Shown here: positions 11,869 through 24,599 of the stretch, one piece after another
Position numbering within the stretch: position 1 is the stretch's first letter
Layout: every line of letters starts with the position of its first letter
From: Mycobacterium leprae TN
GTDB taxonomy: Bacteria > Actinomycetota > Actinomycetes > Mycobacteriales > Mycobacteriaceae
Direction: 5' to 3'
Assembly: GCF_000195855.1 (NCBI RefSeq)
Contig: NC_002677.1
Location: forward strand, 390,001-422,000
DNA length: 32,000 bases
Position numbers and translations under genes: made by a program
Notes under the pieces: generated by a model
What the model was told of the DNA's origin: nothing
What the model saw: the letters and a program-made list of their open reading frames with translations, nothing else
Database searches by the model: none

Positions 11869-12216
11869 GCTCTACTTTCGACGTCTTGATGGTCCGGTAA
11901 GGGGTGTGACAAAGCTGCAAAACCTCCAGCTTTTCATTGGAATCTCCCCCAAAATAAAAAATTAGGACAGGCAAATTCGCCACTGATGCCTGCGCAACCG
12001 GCACTAGCTTTGCGTACGAATGCCAGCTCCTGTGAGATACACCGCAACAATTCCCTCCCAGGCACGAATCCAGCGTGTCAGCGACACGATGCCGGCAAAC
12101 AATACCAGCCGTCCAATACCCGTTCGCTAACAGTTAATAATTAAAATCTATCAAATTACATAATTTGTGCCATGGTGGGCGGGACTTGATTTCGGGTCGC
12201 TTACGCCGACTGCCAC

Positions 12217-13150
12217 GTGGAAGTGGCTGTGTGCCAGGTCCGTTCTGGGCGCTGGGAACGAATTGTCGGCCGTGGACTGCGGCGTAGTTACCGATTGATT
12301 AGACTGCGGCGGCTTGCTCGACTAATCGGTGTCGTTGGCGATCTACTGCGCTTCCGCAAACGGGGTCAGCGGCCGTCATCACGGTCGTCGCGCTACTTGC
12401 ATAGATGCTCATTGCCTGGACGTTGTTGACTCAAAGTATTGTTATTATTCTCGCTTGTAGGCCGACGTGACTGCAACCGACTGGGGTTCGCGGTGCATGC
12501 CGTGGCTTGGTTTGGTGCCATTAGTTTGGTTCCGGACGTTGTGGCTGAGCCTGCGGTACCGGCTAACGCTCACCATCGCATGGTCGGCACCTGGCGCCGC
12601 AGTACTGGTTGGCGCCTGTGCGGTGGATGGCCGGTTGGTCGGCCGTGGTCGGAACGTTCTTGCTTGCCGGCGTTGTGCTACAGCTGTGTCTGTCCCCCGC
12701 TCTGCGGCCTGGCCGCACACCCGTTGCAGGTGGCGCCGATCCTGTTGACCTGGCTAGTGTTCACCAGGTTCGCGCAACGGTGGGCGGTGCCGTCGACTTT
12801 CGTGGTTACGCTGAGCACGGTTGTGTTCACCCACCGCTCGGGCATTTCGGGACCGTTGCTTTCGCACCTGAACTGGACGTCCCGCGGCTGAGTTAGGCAG
12901 CGGTCGTCGTCGAGTTACCCCTCATACGTCTTCTCTACATCATCACGATGGCGGACCAGAACGTACCCGGCGTTGTGCTTAGTTGTGGTTGTGTGGCTCC
13001 TGCGGCTACCCGAGTTCCTTGGCGGGAAGCAATGACGGTCACCGGGTTCGGCACTTTATTATTCGGCGGGCACGCGATCAACCTGGCTGCCGTCAGCGCG
13101 GCTGTTCCGGCCTCTCACGAAGTGCATCGTGATCCGGAGCGGCGATAGGC
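12217..13150 (+). pseudogene. Integral membrane protein remnant (unassigned), frames interleaved
   Basis: Three overlapping plus-strand frames each carry TM-like stretches (LTLTIAWSAPGAAVLVGA, WSAVVGTFLLAGVVLQL, VAPILLTWLVFTRF). No single frame stays open. No family recognised. Confidence 0.3.
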
Positions 13151-13269
13151 CGGCCGCGACAACCTTCGGCCTTCGTCTAGCTGGTGCTAGCAGTGTTGGC
13201 CATGCTCGTCGCCGTTAGTACTCGTCGAGGTCCTCGACGTAGGCCTTGAGAAATAATGTCGGGAGTGAG

Positions 13270-13620
13270 CATCAAGATGGAGGCAGATCAGCCTTGCTGC
13301 AGAGACAGTGAATCCCGGCCGTGCAAAATGTTGAGCAAAGTCGCCTTGGTTCGTGTTCTGCCATTCGTGGCCGTAGTAAGAACTTCATTATTCCGAACAA
13401 CACGAAGAGGATCTCCGCGATAGTGCGGTGAAAGTGGTGTGGTACGGTTCTATTCGGTACAGGCTCATAGTCGCCGCCGGTGTTCTGATGATTGGCCAAG
13501 TAGAGGTTCGAGCGTTATTATTTACGGTCGGACGGCAGGTAGGCACACTATAAGCCAGGGGGGTGGCATCGGGCTCATCCATTGGCGTGGCGGGACTGCG
13601 CATAGACGCATAGATGAGGT
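13270..13620 (-). pseudogene. Cupin-domain protein remnant
   Basis: Minus ORF 13272-13499 contains a cupin-like metal motif (PHHFHRTIAEILFVLFG, pattern H-x-H...E...VL-G). Surrounding frames are broken. Confidence 0.3.
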
Positions 13621-13697
13621 ACCGGTCACTCCAATCTAAAATTTAAAATAATCTAAAATCTAATTTGAGTGCTGGTCAGTCTGGCTCATTTTGTCGA

Positions 13698-14612
13698 TCA
13701 GCCGACCGGATAGACCACCCCGGTGAGTTCTTCGGAGACCGCCCACAGCCGGAGCTGCCGGTCAACGTCGTGGGACTTGCCGTTGGACGCCACAACTTTG
13801 GGGTGGCCCCGTATTTCTGCGAACCCGTCTGGTCCGAAATACTGCCCGCCGAGCACTGCCGCATCGGTGGCAGCCCGCAGGGTCGGTAGTGCGCCGGTTG
13901 CTGCATCCTGGGTGAGGAACAGTTCGGCCACCGAAAAAATGGGCGCAATCAGCGCGGGCAGAGTCCTGGTCAGTTCGGTGCGTGAGCCACCGGGATGGGC
14001 GGCCACAGCGATCGTCGTTTGTCGGGTGGCCAGTCGTCGCTGCAGTTCGTAAGTGAACAGTAGGTTGGCTAGCTTGGATTGCCCATAGGCGGCGACCCGG
14101 TTGTAGTTGCATTCCCACTGCAGATCGTTGAAATGAATGTCAGCGAACAGGCGGTGACTGAGGCTGCTGACAGTTATCACCCGCGAACCGACGATCGGCA
14201 GCAGCCGATCCAGCAGCAAGCCGGTGAAGGCAAAGTGACCTAAGTGGTTGGTGCCGAACTGCAACTCGAAACCGTCCTTGGTGGTCGACTTCGGTGTCCA
14301 CATCACCCCGGCGTTGTTGATCAGCAAGTCGATGTGGTCGTAGTCGGACCGTAGTTGCTTTGCTGCGGCGCGCACAGACTCCAACGACGCTAAGTCGAGC
14401 TCTTGCAGCGCAACGTTGTTCTGTGCGCTAGTGGCCGTGATGCGTGCGGCAGCGTCCTTGCCCTTGTCGAGATTGCGCACCGCCAACACCACATGGGCAC
14501 CATGCTCGGCGAGTGCCAGCGCGGTCTGATAGCCGAGGCCGGTGTTGGCGCCGGTAATGACGGCGACACGACCCGTCTGGTCGGGAATGTCCGCGGTGGT
14601 CCACTTGGCCAT
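13698..14612 (-). CDS. Short-chain dehydrogenase/reductase (retinol-dehydrogenase-like), intact
   Basis: 304-aa ORF with Rossmann TGANTGLG, NNAG, catalytic S...YGQSK, and SD GAGGAG (14619-14624) 6 nt upstream of the ATG. Divergent from the TetR gene. Confidence 0.9.
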   Translation of the reverse strand: MAKWTTADIPDQTGRVAVITGANTGLGYQTALALAEHGAHVVLAVRNLDKGKDAAARITATSAQNNVALQELDLASLESVRAAAKQLRSDYDHIDLLINNAGVMWTPKSTTKDGFELQFGTNHLGHFAFTGLLLDRLLPIVGSRVITVSSLSHRLFADIHFNDLQWECNYNRVAAYGQSKLANLLFTYELQRRLATRQTTIAVAAHPGGSRTELTRTLPALIAPIFSVAELFLTQDAATGALPTLRAATDAAVLGGQYFGPDGFAEIRGHPKVVASNGKSHDVDRQLRLWAVSEELTGVVYPVG

Positions 14613-14706
14613 GAATAGCTCCTCAAGCTTGTTACAGTAAGCGGGGCGAACGCTCCGGTTGATTGGTTGATTGTGAAACCATACGGAACGCTAGCCCCGC
14701 TGTGCA

Positions 14707-15309
14707 ATGTCCGTTCCTAGATCAGGATTGAGTGTTCAGATGGCGCAACCCGCACGGCCGCTGCGTGCCGACGCGGCGCGAAACCGTGCCCGAATACTGG
14801 GTGTTGCTTACGAAGCTTTCGCGACCGAGGGCTTGTCGGTGCCGATTGACGAAATTGCCCGACGCGCGGGTGTCGGAGCTGGCACTGTATACCGGCATTT
14901 TCCGACGAAGGAGGCGCTGTGTGCGGCGGTCATCGGGGACCGCATGCCTCACCTCGTAGACGACGGGTATGTGCTGTTGAAGTCTGCCGGGCCGGGTGAG
15001 GCGCTGTTCACCTATCTGCGCTCGCTCGTGTTGCACTGGGGCGCTACCGACCGCGGACTGGTTGATGCGCTGGCCGGCGCCGGTGGTATCGACATCCTCG
15101 GCGTCGCGCCCGACGCCGAGGATGCGTTTTTGACTATACTCAGTGACCTGCTGTACGCGGCGCAATATGCGGGCACCGCGCGCACTGACGTCGGCGTCCG
15201 CGAGGTCAAATCGATCCTGGTCGGATGCCAAGCGATGGAAGCGTACAACTCGGCATTGGCTGAGCGGGTGACCGATGTCGTTGTCGATGGTTTGCGCGCG
15301 GCGCGATAG
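14707..15309 (+). CDS. TetR-family transcriptional regulator
   Basis: 200-aa ORF with an N-terminal TetR HTH (RILGVAYEAFATEGLSVPIDEIARRAGVGAGTVYRHFPTKEAL). An alternative in-frame ATG lies at 14740. Divergently arranged with the SDR. Confidence 0.9.
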   Translation: MSVPRSGLSVQMAQPARPLRADAARNRARILGVAYEAFATEGLSVPIDEIARRAGVGAGTVYRHFPTKEALCAAVIGDRMPHLVDDGYVLLKSAGPGEALFTYLRSLVLHWGATDRGLVDALAGAGGIDILGVAPDAEDAFLTILSDLLYAAQYAGTARTDVGVREVKSILVGCQAMEAYNSALAERVTDVVVDGLRAAR

Positions 15310-15321
15310 CCCCAGGGTGTT

Positions 15322-17143
<1,822 letters not shown>

Positions 17144-17246
17144 CGTCCGGTCATGATGCAGGTAGCTACGTGGTCTGAAGTGGGGTACTTCATCAACTGA
17201 GTAGCGGCGGGCGAACTGGACAATCGAATTAGGAGTTGACAAAGAA

Positions 17247-17293
17247 AAAGAGCCCGGCCCCCCAAAAAAAGGGACCGGGCTCTTTCTTGTTCT
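17247..17293 (+). terminator. Stem-loop terminator after groEL2
   Basis: aaagagcccggccc (17247-17260) pairs with gggaccgggctcttt (17271-17285): 14 bp with one bulged A and a 10-nt C/A loop. A T-rich tail follows (cttgttctt). The A-run upstream could allow bidirectional function. Confidence 0.7.
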
Positions 17294-17399
17294 TGCGCGT
17301 CCAGGGGAGTCGGGCTTGGCCTCGAGGTGCAGGAGCGTGGGTCGGAACGACACTGAACCGGGCAGTCTCGTTGCCGGGGCTCGCGTCGTTGCGCTGGAA

Positions 17400-18125
17400 G
17401 GAGCGCGCGCGCCCGAGCCGTTCTAGGGTGTTGTGGGTGTTTCATAGGTGGTGGGTGAAATGGCTGTTTTTGCGTTTTATGACTGGCCGATATGTTCGGT
17501 AGTCGTGGGGGGCAGCCCGGAATCCTGTTGACGTGTTTTGCTGTGTTGCGGGGTTTTTGTTGGTGGGTGGCTGACTGCCTGCTTTCGATGAGGCTTCGTG
17601 TGCTTTGCCGCAGTGGACACGATTAGCGCGGCGCACGTAAGCATGTCGGTGGTGGGTGCTGCTTGGTCTACATGTTGATGATGCCAGGGGCTGGGCACCT
17701 GGGCTGTGCTGAAGGCGATATCGATGCAGGCGTGGGTGTGAGGGTAGTTGTTAGCGCCGCGGGGTAGGGGCGTTTTAGTGTGCATGTCATGGCCTTGAGG
17801 TGTCGGCGTGGTCAATGTGGCCGCACCTGAACAGGCACGTCCCCGTGCACGGTATAACTATTCGCACCTGATGTTATCCCTTGCACCATTTCTGCCGCTG
17901 GTATCGGTGTCGGCGGCTTGTTGACCGGCCCTCAGCCAGCAAGCAGGCATGCCGCCGGGTGCAGCAGTATCGTGTTAGTGAACAGTGCATCGATGATCCG
18001 GCCGTCGGCGGCACATACGGCAACCTTCTAGCGCAGATCAACCACCCACACCCCACCAGCCCACCACAACACCACCACCCAAACCAAACCAGCAAAAAAT
18101 AACCACCAAATGACCATCACGACGA
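17400..18125 (+). repeat. RLEP, the M. leprae-specific dispersed repeat (boundaries approximate)
   Basis: Exact matches to diagnostic oligos. TGCATGTCATGGCCTTGAGG is at 17781-17800 and the complement of CACCGATACCAGCGGCAGAA at 17890-17909, giving the classic 129-bp amplicon. The qPCR set matches too: GCAGTATCGTGTTAGTGAACAGTGCA (17964-17989), probe TCGATGATCCGGCCGTCGGCG (17990-18010), complement of CGCTAGAAGGTTGCCGTATGTGC (18011-18033). Confidence 0.92.
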
Positions 18126-18129
18126 CGAT

Positions 18130-19200
18130 ATGGTGGGTGCGTTCAGCGCGCAGATGCCCGCTGCCGCCGCATAGCAACCCGGTTGGGATCAACGCTGTGT
18201 TGGGCAGTAGCAGGTTAGAGTAGGCTGAGGCTAGCGCAATCGCGACTGAGAGATCTGGTGCCGGATCGGTTAACCGCATGCCGTCTACGGTGAAAAGATA
18301 GACGTTATTGACCGCGATGCTCTAGTTGGTTGTGTTTTTCCAGGGCGGTGGTGGCTATAGCTGCCCGGGCGTGTGTCGATCCTGTTGATGACACGGCGCG
18401 GCGAGCCACTAATATGGCGTTGCCAATAGCGTCTGGATCTCGCCGATGAGTGGTTGCTTTCCTCCACCCAGTGTCATCGTGATCGCAGTACCGGCTACCG
18501 GTGTTGGCCGCTGATTGATTGAAGAAAAGGTTTCAATGGATCGGCAACGTCGTCGATTCCGTCGTCACGCAACAGGAAACACTCGACTTTGTCACTTTGT
18601 CGGTGGCTCCGAATTGATTCTTGACGTCCCGGACCGTCTGCATCGGGTAGTTTGTGATTTTCCTGCGAATGCAGCACTACGTCGACGAGGTGTTCGAGCG
18701 AGTACGGCCTGGCGATGGACCCGTCTTTGGTGACATGTCCGACCAGAATCAACGCAACTACCGTTGGCTTTGGCGTTCGGCGTCGTTGTTACGGCACGTA
18801 CTTGGGTGCCACCACCGGTGATTTCGTCGGCTTCGGTGAGTGGCCATGGTTTGCACTGAGGCGGTGCTGCTCAGCGCAGACAGACCATCACGACGTGGCC
18901 CAGCACGGTGTGCAGGTCGAATTCTACGGCCAGGTTGACCGCTTGTGTGCTGTCACCAGCCGATCCAGTTTGCGCCCAGCTGGATCTGGGCCAGCGGATT
19001 CTTCGCCGGAGATATTCGGCGTACGCCGGCCGGACTGCGTTCAGTGGTGGGCAACCTTGAGAATCGCAGCGTCGAGTTGCCCAGACTCGGACCACCCGCT
19101 AGCAGCGTCACCGAGCCGGGTTCCACATTGCTACCAAGGCTTCAATCTAATTCGTCGACACTCGTAAGGCATGGCAACGTGTGGTGCACGTCAATGGAAT
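18130..19200 (-). pseudogene. radA: DNA repair protein RadA, frameshifted and 3'-truncated
   Basis: Minus-strand fragments include PGSVTLLAGGPSLGNSTL (degenerate Walker A), ISGEESAGQ-like, and ILVGHVTKDGSIARPYSLEHLVDVVLH. The Lon-like C domain reads [18 protein letters not shown]. The frame then runs into RLEP near 18130. The N-terminal zinc-finger region (19200-19440) is unrecognisable and AT-rich. Confidence 0.85.
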
Positions 19201-19441
19201 TAATCGTAACTGCTTGCGAAATGACATCCGCTGTCACCGATCTTACCGAGTAATGCTACAGTCTATTTTAATTTTTATAGTATCCCACGCATCGTACTCC
19301 AGGCAATATCCCCCACGTAGCGGTGACATGGTGACATTCCGAGCAGGGGGTACGTCCGAATGCATAATAGCTATACGATGACCGTATCGGGGTGATACGA
19401 TAGCCTAAATGTGGAGACGGTTTACTAGTGGTTAGAGCTGT

Positions 19442-19993
19442 TTAGGTCTGCCGTGGTGCGAGTCCGGCCGAGACCGGTACAGCCACGTTGGCTTGTCCAG
19501 CCTTCTCGAAGTTGAAGGTAAAGTTGTAGGTGAGGCCGTTGGTGATGGGCTTGGCCAAGGTTACGATTGCTTTAGCGATGTTGTTAGACTGGAGGGGGGG
19601 CGGTTTTATTCTCTGCCCTTCGGATGTGCCGATGAACAGCATCCCGTTGGTGGGCAGTTGGGTATAGCCGTTCAGTGCTACCGTGCCGATGTCACTGGTG
19701 ATGGACACTAGCCGGTCTGTGACATACGGAGAATTATTGATGGCCACCAGCATCAAGTCCACCGTTCGGCCCGATTGGAGGAAGTCACCGGTCTGCGCGG
19801 CTTGGATGCGTATGTCGCGTAATGCCAGATTGTTGAGTGTGACCCGGTTGCCGTTGACGGCCGGTTCCTGGGTCGCGGTTTGCGAGATCTGGCCTGCTCC
19901 GCAACCGCCAAGCACCGAGGCCATCAAAGTCAAAAAGCCTAGGACGGCGACCCGGGTAGCCAGCGCGGGAAGGCTGATCTTGAAGCGGCTCAC
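19442..19993 (-). CDS. lpqE: Lipoprotein LpqE
   Basis: 183-aa ORF with a signal peptide and lipobox (LMASVLGGC-GAGQ). Its position, divergent from carD and upstream of radA, matches the M. tuberculosis lpqE-radA arrangement. Confidence 0.88.
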   Translation of the reverse strand: MSRFKISLPALATRVAVLGFLTLMASVLGGCGAGQISQTATQEPAVNGNRVTLNNLALRDIRIQAAQTGDFLQSGRTVDLMLVAINNSPYVTDRLVSITSDIGTVALNGYTQLPTNGMLFIGTSEGQRIKPPPLQSNNIAKAIVTLAKPITNGLTYNFTFNFEKAGQANVAVPVSAGLAPRQT

Positions 19994-20338
19994 TGACTGC
20001 CTCCTGCTGGGATACTGGTCAAGGCATTAGGACAGCGGCTCAACTATGCAACTATGCACAGTAGTGAGGAATATACATTAGGTAGGTTTAAGAACGTGCT
20101 GTCGCACGGTAAGACCGTAGCGGAAGACACAAAATCTACCGTTGCGGGGGGCCTTGGTTCGGGCTCCCGTGAGGTTGCCGATAGTGACCTTTCAAGTGCG
20201 TCTACACTGCTACAAAAGGATGTTGGTAGTGCGGTGCATTGCATGTCTTGCTCTGCCTGTCAACCCCTAATCTGCCGGTGTTGTACCTCCTGACCTGCAC
20301 CGTTGTGCGCGCCTGTCGGCCCGCCGTGTTAGGATTGA

Positions 20339-20851
<513 letters not shown>

Positions 20852-20863
20852 ATACCCTGAGGC

Positions 20864-21595
20864 TTGAGGATGGCTGTGGCAACGGGCACTGTAGTTGCAG
20901 TGGTCCCGGCCGCCGGGGCGGGGAAGCGGCTAGCGGCCGGCATTCCGAAGGCATTCTGTGAACTTGACGGGCGTACGCTTGTCGAACGTGCTGTCGTTGG
21001 CTTGCTGGAATCTGGCGTTGTTGACCATGTTGTGGTGGCGGTGCCTGCTGATCGCATTGCCCAGACCCAGTGGGTGCTATCCCAACGGCTAGCCAATTCG
21101 GCGGGTCAACACGCCACAGTTGTGGCCGGCGGGGCCGACCGCACCAAATCGGTGTGTCAGGCTCTTGCGACCCTTCCCGCCCCGTCAAGGGTGGGCGCAC
21201 CCGAGTTTATATTGGTGCATGATGCCGCGCGGGCGCTGACACCAGCACGGTTAATCGTGCGGGTGGTTGATGCTTTGCGTGCTGGTCATACCGCGGTCGT
21301 TCCAGCGCTGCCACTGTCTGACACCATTAAAGCCGTGGACGCCAACGGAATGGTTCTTGGCACTCCGGCGCGGGTCGGCTTGCGGGCGGTGCAGACCCCG
21401 CAGGGGTTTGCTACCGAGCTGCTATGGTGCGCTTATCAGCGTGGCCCCCATCTTGATGCCGTCGATTTCACCGACGATGCTTCCCTTGTCGAACATCTCG
21501 GTGGCCAGGTTCAGGTGGTCGCCGGCGATCCACTGGCGTTCAAGATCACCACTCAGTTGGATCTGCTGCTGGCGAAGAAGATTCTGCGCCGGTGA
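20864..21595 (+). CDS. ispD: 2-C-methyl-D-erythritol 4-phosphate cytidylyltransferase
   Basis: [14 protein letters not shown] (P-loop-like IspD motif), plus [10 protein letters not shown] and QTPQGF. The start is TTG 20864 or ATG 20870. The stop overlaps the ispF start. Confidence 0.95.
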
Positions 21596-22068
21596 GTGAA
21601 CTGCCCCGGGTCGGTTTGGGTTTCGATGTCCACGTGTTTGAACCGGGGCGGCCGTGTTGGCTGGTGGGGCTGCTGTTCCCGGACAACGACGGCTGCGCCG
21701 GGCACTCCGATGGTGACGTAGCGGTGCATGCGCTGTGTGATGCCGTGTTGTCGGCCGCAGGGCAGGGTGATATCGGCGGCCTGTTCGCCGTTGGCGATCC
21801 GCGTTGGGAACGCGTCAGCGGTGCTGACATGCTGCGCCATGTAGTCGAATTGTTACTGCGACATGGCTACGAGGTCGTCAACGCGTCCGTTCAAGTGATC
21901 GGTAACCGACCGAAAATCGGTCCGCGCCGTACCGAGGCGCAACGGTTGCTGTCAGCTCTGCTGCGAGCGCCAGTATCAGTGGCGGCGACGACCACCGAGG
22001 GACTTGGCCTGACTGGGCGTGGCGAGGGCTTGTCCGCCATCGCGACTGCGTTGGTGGTCCAGGTCTGA
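21592..22068 (+). CDS. ispF: 2-C-methyl-D-erythritol 2,4-cyclodiphosphate synthase
   Basis: RVGLGFDVH...[26 protein letters not shown] (IspF zinc/CDP site). The GTG start overlaps the ispD TGA (GTGA, 21592-21595). Confidence 0.95.
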
Positions 22069-22122
22069 CAGCCGTGTGCTGAGAATCCGCCAACACGGAA
22101 CCAACAGGTAAGCTGGCCCGTC

Positions 22123-23544
22123 GTGATCGATAGCGGCCATTTGCGGCTCCACGATACGGTAGCTGGTGCTGTGCGCGATTTCGTTCCGCTGCGAGCCGGG
22201 CACGTCTCGATCTACCTGTGTGGTGCCACCGTTCAAGGACAGCCGCACATCGGGCACGTCCGCAGCGGGGTAGCCTTCGACATTCTGCGCCGATGGCTCA
22301 TGGCACGCGGCTATGACGTCGCGTTCATCCGCAACGTCACCGATATCGATGACAAGATTCTTAACAAGGCTGCCGCGGCTGGCCGGCCGTGGTGGGAATG
22401 GGCGGCCACCCACGAGCGCGCGTTTACCGCGGCCTATGACGCCTTGGACGTTTTGCCGCCGTCAGCAGAGCCGCGAGCCACCGGGCACATTACCCAGATG
22501 ATCGAGCTGATCGAGCTGTTGATCGAGACAGGTCACGCCTATACGGGCGGCTCTGATGTTTATTTCGACGTGCTCAGCTACCCGGATTATGGCCAGCTAT
22601 CTGGGCACAAGATGGACTATATCCACCAAGGCGAAGGTGTGACTACCGGCAAACGTGATCAACGCGACTTTACTTTGTGGAAGGGCGCCAAGTCCGGTGA
22701 ACCGTCGTGGCCTACGCCGTGGGGCCGTGGCCGTCCAGGCTGGCACCTGGAATGCTCGGCAATGGCTCGTGCTTATCTTGGTTCTGAATTTGACATCCAT
22801 TGCGGTGGAATGGATTTAGTTTTTCCGCACCACGAAAATGAGATCGCGCAGAGCCGCGCTGTCGGGGATGGCTTCGCCCGTTACTGGCTGCACAACGGCT
22901 GGGTAACGATGGGTGGGGAGAAGATGAGTAAGTCGCTGGGTAACGTGTTGTCCATCCCAGCCGTGCTGCAGCGGGTTCGGCCAGCCGAACTGCGTTACTA
23001 TCTCGGTAGCGCCCACTACCGGTCGATGCTGGAGTTCTCCGAGGCCGCGCTACAGGATGCGGTCAAAGCTTATGTCGGAGTGGAGAATTTCCTGACTAGG
23101 GTGCGTACTCGGGTTGGTGCCGTTGGCACCGGCGAACTGACCCCACGGTTCGCTGCAGCACTCGACGACGATCTGGCGGTGCCGATCGCGCTGGCTGAGG
23201 TGCACCACGCTCGTGTGGAGGGTAACCGAGCGCTCGACATCGGCGACCACGAAGGTGCGTTGACGAACGCCGGCGCTATTCGAGCGATGATGGGCATCTT
23301 AGGTTGCGACCCGCTTGACGAACGTTGGGAATCCCGCGATGAGACGTCGGCGGCGCTAGCGGCTGTCGATGTGCTGGTGGCCGCTGAGCTAGAAAGCCGG
23401 CAGATGGCACGCGAGCAGCGTAACTGGGTACTTGCCGATCAGATCCGCGATCGACTCAAGGATGCCGGTATTGAGGTAACTGATACCGTCAACGGGCCGC
23501 AGTGGGAACTGTTGGCTGGCGATAAGCAAGTTGATGCCCGGTAA
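22123..23544 (+). CDS. cysS: Cysteine--tRNA ligase
   Basis: 473-aa ORF with a class I HIGH motif ([11 protein letters not shown]) and KMSKS ([10 protein letters not shown]). GTG start. Confidence 0.97.
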
Positions 23545-24463
23545 CTCGCGTCGCCGGGGGGCTGTCCGCAAATCCGGCACCAATAAGGGGACCACCGTTG
23601 GCTCGGGCGGCCAGCGTCGCCGTGCGTTGGAGGGGCGTGGTCCGACACCGCCGGCGTATCTGCGTCCCAATCACCCCGCCGCCAAGCGGAATCAATCCTC
23701 GCCGCACCGGCCGGTCAAACGCACCGACGAGACAGAAACGGTGCTTGGCCGCAATCCGGTGCTGGAGTGTCTGCGCGCCGGCGTCCCGGCAACTGCGCTT
23801 TACGTTGCGCTCGGTACCGAAGTCGACAAGCGGCTCACCGAATCCGTTATGAGAGCAGCCGATGTGGGCGTGGCGATCCTCGAGGTACCGCGCACGTACC
23901 TGGATCGAATAACTAACAACCACTTACATCAGGGCATTGCGCTACAGGTACCACCGTACCACTATGTTCACTCCGATGATCTGCTCGCCGCCGCTACCGA
24001 TTCGCCGCCGGCGTTGTTGGTCGCGCTGGATAACATCTCCGACCCCCGTAATCTCGGTGCAATCGTGCGATCGGTAGCGGCATTCAGCGGCCATGGCATC
24101 TTGATACCACAGCGGCGTTCCGCCTCGGTCACCGCGGTAGCGTGGCGCACCAGCGCCGGTGCTGCGGCGCGGATCCCAGTGGCGCGGGCCACCAATCTAA
24201 CTCGGGCGCTCAAGGTTTGGGCCGATCAAGGATTGCGGGTGATTGGACTGGACCACGATGGTGACACCGCACTCGACGACTTGGACGGCACGGACCCGTT
24301 GGCGGTAGTCGTTGGCTCGGAAGGCAAGGGTCTGTCGAGGTTGGTGCGGCACAGCTGCGATGAGGTGGTGTCGATACCTATGGCCGGTCAGGTCGAATCG
24401 CTGAATGCCTCTGTGGCCGTCGGAGTGGTGCTTGCCGAAATCGCCCGTCAGCGCAGGCTTTAA
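23534..24463 (+). CDS. SpoU/TrmH-family RNA 2'-O-methyltransferase (RlmB-like)
   Basis: Basic N-terminal tail, then SpoU motifs [32 protein letters not shown] and [23 protein letters not shown]. The ATG at 23534 overlaps the cysS 3' end by 11 nt. Confidence 0.9.
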
Positions 24464-24599
24464 AGCCGTTGCTCGGCTGGCCCGCCTACGTCGGCGCCGT
24501 GTTAGTGGTGATGGCTGTCCGTGGTTCTTGCGCTGCCGCCATCGGCGACCTCGTAACCACCCGGCTTCTATTCGCAGGCCCATACTGATGATCGCTGTG

